Below are positions 16,700 to 22,608 of a stretch of 22,608 nucleotides of DNA, piece by piece (within the stretch, counting starts at the first letter, position 1; each line of letters begins with the position of its first letter). Both the position numbers and the translations under genes were made by a program. This stretch comes from Armatimonadota bacterium (GTDB lineage Bacteria; Armatimonadota; Zipacnadia; Zipacnadales; UBA5352), in assembly GCA_034722055.1 (NCBI GenBank), contig JAYENL010000261.1:1-22608 (forward strand), read 5' to 3'. The notes below the pieces were generated by a model. That model worked only from the letters and a program-made list of their open reading frames with translations. It was not told where the DNA came from and ran no database searches.

Positions 16700-18622
16700 A
16701 TGACCACGGTTCGCCTGCTTGACGATCATCCGGCCGTCACGCTGGCCGGCGAGGAGCTTCAGCGCTGCCTGACAGACATGACGGGCCGGCAGATCAGCGT
16801 GCAATCTGCCGACGAGATCACCGGCGAGGCGGGCATATGGCTGGGCACCTCCGAGGCGGTTGGCGACGCCATCGAGCTCCCCGAGGTTCGCGATCCCGCC
16901 TGGGATGACGCCTTCTGCGTGCGGTCGGTGGGCGAGGCCCTCGTCATCGCCGGCGTGAACGCGCGCAGCGTACTGATGGGCGCCTACGAGTACCTCCGCC
17001 AGCTCGGCGCGGAGTGGCTGTGGCCCGGCGATGATGGCGAGGTGCTCCCGGCGCTGGAGGAAGTGCCGCTGACCGACTTCGATCTCACCTGGGTTCCACC
17101 CAACCGGCATCGCGGCGTGTGCATCGAGGGCGCTCCGGCCCTCGAGCACGTCCTGGACATGGTGGAGTGGATGCCCCGCGTGGGCTACAACGCTTACTTC
17201 CTGCAGTTCCAGGTCTCCAGCTACTTCTGGCGCCTGTGGTACGAGCACCGACTGAACCCGGAGTGGGAGGACGTTCGGGAGCTGAGCGAGGAGGAGTGCG
17301 AGGAGCTGGACCGCCAGGTGATCGAGGCGGTCAAGCGCCGGGGCCTGGTGCTGCACCAGGTGGGGCACGGCTGGACGGCCGCCGCCCTGGACCTGCCCAC
17401 CAATGGCTGGGTCACCTACGACGGGCCGATCCCCGAGGGGGACCGAAAGCTGCTGGCCGAGGTCAACGGCGAGCGGCAGCTCTGGGGGAGCATCCCGATC
17501 AACACCGAGCTGTGCTACTCGAATCCGGAGGCCCGCGAGCGCCTCATCGACACCGTACTGGAGTGGGCGGAGGAGCACCCGGAGGTCGATGCCCTGCACT
17601 TCTGGCTCTCCGATGCGCCCAACAACCACTGCGAGTGCGCCGGCTGCCGGGAGCTGTCGCCCGCCGACTGGTACGCCCGGCTCGCCAACGAGCTCTCGCC
17701 GCGGATCGCGGCCCTCGCCCCGGACATGAAGATCGTGCTGCTGGCCTATCACGATCTCCTGTGGCCGCCCGAACAGGTGGAGATCGACCTCAGCCACAAT
17801 AACCTCATCTCGATGTTCGCGCCCATCACCCGCTGCTATGCCCACAGCCTCGGAGACCCGGAATGCGATGCCGGCCAGGAGCTTGAGCGCCCCCAGCGCA
17901 ATCAGATGGAGATGCCGCGCCACAACCAGCAGCTCGTCGAGCTGTGGCGCATCTGGGGCTGGGAGGATCAGGATAGTTCATTCTGCTTCGACTACCACTT
18001 CATGTGGCCGTGGATGGGCGATCGGCTCTCGATCCATCTCTCTCCGCTTATGCCACGCGACATCGGCGACTACGCCGCGCTGGGACTGGGCGGGCTGATG
18101 AACTGCGGCGCCCAGCGCAGCTTCTACCCCACCGGCTGGCCCTACTGGGAGACCGCCCGCACTCTCTGCGGCCAGGAGCCGACCGCGCGGGACCGTGGAG
18201 CCTACTTCCAGCAGGCCTACGGCGAGGGCGCCGAGGTGGCGATGCAGTTCCTCGACGGGGTCGCAAAGGCCGCCGGCGCGCCGCGGCACGGAGCCGACTG
18301 GTGGCAGGAGGTCGAGCCCGGTGAGGTGGATCGCCTCCAGGCACACCTCGACCAGTTCGAGGACGCCATCAGCGAAGCTGTGCATGACGCCGAGGACGGT
18401 CGCCAGGCCTACGCCTGGAGCCTGCTGCAGCACTATCACCGGCTCCTGCGGCTGTATGCGGCCGCCCAGCAGCACCACGATGCCGGCCGGGTGCAGGAGG
18501 CGGTCGCTGCCATCGAGGCCGCCGAGGACTTCCTGCGGCGCACCGAGCCCCGGACGGCCCGAGCGCTGGACGGCTTCACGCTGCTGAGGTACCTGGCGCG
18601 CCTGAAGGACGAATGGCGCTGA
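16700..18622 (+). CDS. DUF4838-like protein (glycoside-hydrolase-like N-terminal domain)
   Basis: AGEELQRCL, IAGVNARSVLMGAYEYL.QLGAEWLWPG..GE, LCYSNP and a CECAGC Cys cluster; GGGAGGG RBS. Confidence 0.75.
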   Translation: MTTVRLLDDHPAVTLAGEELQRCLTDMTGRQISVQSADEITGEAGIWLGTSEAVGDAIELPEVRDPAWDDAFCVRSVGEALVIAGVNARSVLMGAYEYLRQLGAEWLWPGDDGEVLPALEEVPLTDFDLTWVPPNRHRGVCIEGAPALEHVLDMVEWMPRVGYNAYFLQFQVSSYFWRLWYEHRLNPEWEDVRELSEEECEELDRQVIEAVKRRGLVLHQVGHGWTAAALDLPTNGWVTYDGPIPEGDRKLLAEVNGERQLWGSIPINTELCYSNPEARERLIDTVLEWAEEHPEVDALHFWLSDAPNNHCECAGCRELSPADWYARLANELSPRIAALAPDMKIVLLAYHDLLWPPEQVEIDLSHNNLISMFAPITRCYAHSLGDPECDAGQELERPQRNQMEMPRHNQQLVELWRIWGWEDQDSSFCFDYHFMWPWMGDRLSIHLSPLMPRDIGDYAALGLGGLMNCGAQRSFYPTGWPYWETARTLCGQEPTARDRGAYFQQAYGEGAEVAMQFLDGVAKAAGAPRHGADWWQEVEPGEVDRLQAHLDQFEDAISEAVHDAEDGRQAYAWSLLQHYHRLLRLYAAAQQHHDAGRVQEAVAAIEAAEDFLRRTEPRTARALDGFTLLRYLARLKDEWR

Positions 18623-18793
18623 CGCACCGCAGGCCGGTCACCGGACTCGTGCGCTTGGTCGGCCCAAGCTTACTGGCCGGGGCGCCGCGTGGGGAGGCAG
18701 GTCGGTGACGCCGGTCGGCGAAGAGAGTAATGCCGGACGTCGCTGTGGAGCGCTTGGGGGCCGCTATCCGCCTCAGGGAGAGGGTGTGGATCG

Positions 18794-19462
18794 ATGCCCG
18801 CGATCAAGGTGCTGGTGGCGGAGGACGAGACCGTGGTGCGCTATGCGCTATCGCAGCTCCTCGACGGCGAGGACGACATCGAGGTGGTCGGGGAGGCGCC
18901 GGACGGCGAGCTGGCAGTGGCGCTGGCGCGACAGAGCCGGCCTGACGTGGTCCTCATGGACCTGGGCATGCCGAAGGTGGACGGCATCGAGGCCACGCGA
19001 ACGATCAAGGGCGACCTCCCCGACTGCGCCATCTGCGTGCTGACCGTCTTCGATGACGACGAGCACCTCTTCCAGGCCATCAAGGCGGGCGCGGACGGCT
19101 ACGTGCTCAAGGATGCCCCGCCGGAGCAGCTCGCGGAGGCCGTCAGGGCGGTGGCCGAGGGCGAGTGCTTCCTGCCCGGCGCGCTGGTCAGGCGCGTCAT
19201 CGCGGAGTTCAACCGCATCAGCGGCCTCAGGGCGGCGCGCAAGGAGGTCTTCGCGGAGCTGACCCCGCGGGAGATGGAGGTCCTGGAGCTGCTGGGCGAG
19301 GGGCTGAGGAACCGGGAGATCGGCGAGCGCCTCTTCATCAGCGAGAAGACCGTCAAGAACCACGTCTCCAGCATCCTCGCCAAGCTGCATGTCAACGACC
19401 GCACGGAGGCCGGCGTCCTGGCCGCCCGCCACGGCCTCACCGATCCACCGTCAGACGTCTGA
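18794..19462 (+). CDS. NarL/FixJ-family response regulator (REC plus LuxR HTH)
   Basis: VAEDE, VLMDL (phospho-Asp), [33 protein letters not shown]. Confidence 0.95.
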   Translation: MPAIKVLVAEDETVVRYALSQLLDGEDDIEVVGEAPDGELAVALARQSRPDVVLMDLGMPKVDGIEATRTIKGDLPDCAICVLTVFDDDEHLFQAIKAGADGYVLKDAPPEQLAEAVRAVAEGECFLPGALVRRVIAEFNRISGLRAARKEVFAELTPREMEVLELLGEGLRNREIGERLFISEKTVKNHVSSILAKLHVNDRTEAGVLAARHGLTDPPSDV

Positions 19463-19668
19463 TCTGCGCCACGGAGCGCTGTGAGCGACGGGCTATGAGC
19501 TGACTGCCAATGGTGGCAACGGCAGGCGGGCGACGCACCGCGTCGCTGTGTCCAGTTGTGCCACTGCACACGACACCCGGCGGCCTGGTACTGACTTGCG
19601 CAATTCCGCGGATGGCAAACAGCGAGGACACTCGGGCCTTGGTTGCGTTGGAGATGAGGAGGACCTGG

Positions 19669-19898
19669 TGGAGGGGCCGCCGGGCGCGCAGCGCCCGGTG
19701 AGGCCTGTGAGCGTAGCGACCAGGCCTCAGGTTCCACCCCGGCCCGGCAGGTAGCTTTGCCCATGTAAAGCCCGCGCAGGCGGGGGCGCCTGCGGGAGAC
19801 CTTCGGTCTCAAACGGGTGGGCCGGGGTGGAACCTGCGCGGTCGGTCGCTCCCGCTCCTGACCGCGCCCCGCTCGCTTCGCTCGCGGCGGCCCCTCCA
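19669..19898. other. 230-bp multi-hairpin element with terminal inverted repeats (MITE/REPIN-like DNA element or structured ncRNA)
   Basis: 14-bp perfect IR at 19669-19682/19885-19898, 18-bp perfect inner IR at 19728-19745/19819-19836, and at least six further hairpins. Confidence 0.75.
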
Positions 19899-20115
19899 TG
19901 GTAGCAGCAGAGGCACCACCGCTACGCTGCACAATACGCAAACTTCTGCCACAGGGCCCTCGCGTTCCACTGACACGTGGGCTTCGCAGCCCCGCGCGCC
20001 TGGCCTGACACCTGCCCCGACCGGGCTGGCAGGCATCACACCACGAACCGGCCTCCCGCCCGGCTCCACACCTGCCCGTCGGTCCCACACGTCCGCGTAG
20101 GTCCTGCACCTCCGC

Positions 20116-20138
20116 GTAGCTCGGGTTTTCAGCCCGAC
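20116..20138 (+). repeat. GTAG-tagged REP-like palindrome, same family as 127-149 and 267-289
   Basis: GTAGCTCGGGTTTTCAGCCCGAC versus GTAGGTCGGGCTTCCAGCCCGAC: 20 of 23 positions identical; lies 7 nt beyond a stop codon. Confidence 0.8.
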
Positions 20139-20145
20139 TGAATGC

Positions 20146-20622
20146 TCAGTCCGGCCTGTGCCTGGTCAGGAGCCACACCGTGACACCGATGACGACCGCC
20201 TGCGTCCCGAAGCCGATCAGCCACTGATCCGGCGTGAGGTGCGGCTGGATTCCGTGGTGGAAGTCATCCAGCCACGCCGTGCCGCGCCAGGTGCTGAACC
20301 ACGGTCCCCAGGGCGGGATGGTGTACACCAGGTCGATGAGGATGCCACAGAACGCCCCCGCAAAGGCCATGGCCCGCCAGGGCCGGGGCCTGGTCAGCAG
20401 AGCGATGAGCACCCACGCCAGCGCGAAGTCCGCGATGGCGATGCCCGCCTCCGGCCCGGTGGGACCGCCCTGGGGCACGCCGTAGAGAGCGTGCGAGTCC
20501 AGGTGCGGGATGGCGTCGAGCACGAAGTGGCTGGCGAAGGCTGCGGGCAGCGCCAGCCAGGGACGCCGATCCAGGACCACGCCGATGGCAGCGCCGGCCA
20601 GCATGTGCGGCGTGGCCATCAT
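20146..20622 (-). CDS. Membrane protein with His/Asp motifs (putative metal-dependent hydrolase)
   Basis: TPH near the N-terminus, SHFVLDAIPH, a later D and FHH; several TM segments; ATGA overlap with the plsY-like stop. Confidence 0.7.
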   Translation of the reverse strand: MMATPHMLAGAAIGVVLDRRPWLALPAAFASHFVLDAIPHLDSHALYGVPQGGPTGPEAGIAIADFALAWVLIALLTRPRPWRAMAFAGAFCGILIDLVYTIPPWGPWFSTWRGTAWLDDFHHGIQPHLTPDQWLIGFGTQAVVIGVTVWLLTRHRPD

Positions 20623-21359
20623 GATGCATGCACCTCTCCGTTCTGCCCGGCATCCTGCCCCGGCGCCTTAGATCTGCCGCACGCGCGAGGAGTCGCTCCC
20701 GGGGCGGCATCGCGGTGACGCTCGCCCAGGCGCGGCTCCGTTCCTCGCCAGAGCCGGATGATGTTGTTCTTGTGTCGCGCGAGCACCAGCAGCGCCATGG
20801 CCACCGACAGCACCAGCGGCGCGCCTGTGATGCCGCTGAGCCAGACCACCACCGGCACCGAGACGATGGCGGTCATCGTCACCGGCGATATCCGCCACCA
20901 GCGGCCCGCCACCACTCGCGGCAGCGCCAGTCCAGCCACCCACAGGCCCGGCGGCACCACGGCCACGTACCAGGGCCAGAAGCGCAGGATCGCCACACCG
21001 ACCACCACCCCGAGGGCGCACGCCACGCTTTTACCCTCGGACACCCGTCCCTCCGTCAGCAGGAACCACGCGGAGAGGGCGTGTCCGACCATGACGAACA
21101 GCGCGGCCACACAGACGACCCATGGGCCGAGCCCAAGCACTCCCGCCACCACAACCACGCCCAGAGCCTTGCCCACATCCGCCACCAGCGTGGCGATGCC
21201 CAGCCACCTCCCGCCCACGCGGAAGACGTTGATGGCGCCGACGTTGTTGGAGCCGTAATCCCGGACATCGATGCCCCGCAGGGCTCGGACGATGAGGTAG
21301 CCCGACGGTATGGAGCCGACCAGGTATGCGATGAGGCACGCCACCACTGTCTCAAGCAT
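20619..21359 (-). CDS. plsY: PlsY-family acyl-phosphate acyltransferase, divergent
   Basis: YLVGSIPSG, GIDVRDYGSNNVGAINVFR, DVGK, GH, EGKSVA and RHKNNIIRL..GTE. Confidence 0.85.
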   Translation of the reverse strand: MLETVVACLIAYLVGSIPSGYLIVRALRGIDVRDYGSNNVGAINVFRVGGRWLGIATLVADVGKALGVVVVAGVLGLGPWVVCVAALFVMVGHALSAWFLLTEGRVSEGKSVACALGVVVGVAILRFWPWYVAVVPPGLWVAGLALPRVVAGRWWRISPVTMTAIVSVPVVVWLSGITGAPLVLSVAMALLVLARHKNNIIRLWRGTEPRLGERHRDAAPGATPRACGRSKAPGQDAGQNGEVHAS

Positions 21360-21362
21360 CTG

Positions 21363-21944
21363 TCACCTCTCCTCACGTGGGACTGCCCCCGGCGCTGCAC
21401 CCAGCGATGCCGCGCTGATTGCTGGCGTGCGCTGCACGGACGCCTCGCGCGGCGTTGCTCTATCCGGCCCTGGTCGCGATGGACCCGGATGCGCGGCCTG
21501 ATGGCAGAGCCGGCGCTCCATCGCCCGCATCTTGGCCACCTTGTGCGCGGAGCGCCCGCCGCGGAAGGGGGTGGCGAGCCAGGCCTCCACGATACTGCAG
21601 GCCTGCTCCGGGGTCACCACCCGCGCGCCTAGCGCGATGATGTGGGTGTTGTTGCTTTGGCGCGCGGCCCGGGCCAGCTCGATGCTGGTCACCGGCGCCG
21701 CGAAGACCCCCGGCACCTTGTTGGCGACGATGGCCATTCCCAGGCCCGTCCCGCACACCAGGACTCCGCGATCGATCAGCCCCGCCTGCACGGCGCGCGC
21801 TACTCGGGCGCCGGTGTCCGGGTAGTCAACGGGATCCCGGGAGTAGGCGCCGAAGTCGTGCACGGTCTCCCCGCGCCGCTCCAGGAACTCGCGAATGCTC
21901 TCCTTGAGCTCGAAGCCGAAGTGGTCGCTGCCGGTCCCGATCAT
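21363..21944 (-). CDS. rpiB: RpiB/LacAB-family sugar-phosphate isomerase, with DerI/EryI-like signature
   Basis: GSDH.G.ELKE, DYPD, CGTGLG, ANKVPG, LGARV; ARQSNN and GGRSAHKV; GGAGG RBS; about 45-aa low-complexity tail. Confidence 0.88.
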   Translation of the reverse strand: MIGTGSDHFGFELKESIREFLERRGETVHDFGAYSRDPVDYPDTGARVARAVQAGLIDRGVLVCGTGLGMAIVANKVPGVFAAPVTSIELARAARQSNNTHIIALGARVVTPEQACSIVEAWLATPFRGGRSAHKVAKMRAMERRLCHQAAHPGPSRPGPDRATPREASVQRTPAISAASLGAAPGAVPREER

Positions 21945-22049
21945 GATGAGACCTCCGTTCCCGCCCTTGCGGGCGGCACGATCTCGGTCGATGCACTCCG
22001 ATTATGCCCCTTGGCAGCGCGCCGGACATGAGTCGCACGTCTCGTTCCT

Positions 22050-22079
22050 GGCCCCTCGAGGTCCCATCTTTCCGGGACC
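22050..22079. promoter_or_regulatory. Candidate regulator-binding site
   Basis: GGTCCC-N8-GGGACC inverted repeat (22060-22079) plus a GGCCCC half-site 10 bp upstream, in the divergent region between rpiB and the sensor gene. Confidence 0.4.
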
Positions 22080-22137
22080 CGGGGCGTTGGGAGGAGCTGA
22101 AGGCGTCCTGGGCGAATGGTGGTCGAGGGGTGGTGAT

Positions 22138-22608
22138 ATGGAGGCGTCGAAGCGGCTGGAGCGGCTGATTCTCTACCACCTGTGGGCCTGCGTGCCCTTC
22201 GGGCTGGCGTGGGCGATCTGGCCCGAGGTCCTGGGCGCCTCCCGCGACCCTCAGGCGGTCTACGCCCTGCGCGTCGTCTGCGCCGCAGCCGGGCTCTATC
22301 TGGTGGTGCGATCCTGGATAGTCCTCCGCCCTCACTCCCCGGCCTGGCGCTACGTGTGGCCGCTCGTGGATGTGGCCCTCATCACCGTGGCGCTGGTGCT
22401 GAAGAGCGAGCCCGAGAAGAGCTGGATCTCACTGCTCTACCTGTTCCCGGTGGCGGAGGCGGCGGCGACCCTGGAGGTGCGGTGGGCGGTTGTCATCGGC
22501 CTCCTGGCGGCCAGCTCCTACCTGGCGACCACGGGCACGGCGGCGCTTGAGGGTCTGGGGGGCGCAATCGCAGCCTTCCGTTTGTTCTTGCTGGTACTCA
22601 TGGCCTCT
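22138..22608 (+). CDS. Membrane sensor protein N-terminus (probable histidine kinase), truncated by the window end
   Basis: Open frame MEASKRLERLILYHLWACVPFGLAW...WPLVDVALITVAL...SWISLLYLFPVAEAA...FRLFLLVLMAS. The D..LIT/S...LY..P...AA pattern resembles multi-TM sensor domains. No kinase domain is visible in the window. Confidence 0.65.
   Translation, partial: MEASKRLERLILYHLWACVPFGLAWAIWPEVLGASRDPQAVYALRVVCAAAGLYLVVRSWIVLRPHSPAWRYVWPLVDVALITVALVLKSEPEKSWISLLYLFPVAEAAATLEVRWAVVIGLLAASSYLATTGTAALEGLGGAIAAFRLFLLVLMAS

Noticed and set aside
9114..17923. Long antisense ORFs (9114-10661, 14940-16430, 16658-17923 and similar)
   Set aside because: They are shadow frames of well-supported genes, expected in high-GC DNA.
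8378..19672. tRNA-targeted genomic island, suggested by CCTGGTGGA at 8378-8386 and 19664-19672
   Set aside because: The match is only 9 bp, lies on the 5' side of the tRNA rather than downstream of its 3' end, and there is no integrase.
19936..19951. Sigma54-like motif on the minus strand (TGGCAGAAGTTTGC)
   Set aside because: The GG-to-GC spacing is 9 rather than the required 10.
19099..20109. 336-aa minus-strand ORF, and a GTG-start ORF after AGGAGG at 19657
   Set aside because: These are low-complexity Arg/Pro/Ala-rich translations of the structured element and the antisense strand of the regulator, with no recognisable domain.

Overview
GC-rich bacterial chromosomal window from a probable diderm (it carries a likely outer-membrane beta-barrel gene; the taxon cannot be determined from the sequence). 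It is dominated by carbohydrate-use genes: a Gfo/Idh/MocA oxidoreductase, a sugar-phosphate isomerase, a GH29 fucosidase, a GH65 phosphorylase convergent with beta-phosphoglucomutase, an uncharacterised (alpha/alpha)6-barrel protein, an ABC importer with the binding protein fused to a permease, and a DUF4838-like protein. It also holds tRNA-Ala(CGC), a YjzC-like small protein, an MFS-HEAT fusion, a NarL-type response regulator and a partial membrane sensor. Four things stand out. (1) A 230-bp two-fold symmetric, multi-hairpin intergenic element (19669-19898) with 14-bp and 18-bp inverted repeats, complementary loops and GCGNAGC mini-hairpins. (2) A tightly coupled operon of a DerI/EryI-type RpiB isomerase, a PlsY paralog with an altered phosphate-binding motif and a putative metal-dependent membrane hydrolase, which may be an unusual lipid pathway. 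(3) A mosaic of several REP-like hairpin types at the window start, with a related copy 20 kb away. (4) A decayed IS3-family transposase fragment that fills most of a divergent promoter region. All calls were made by eye; no searches were run.
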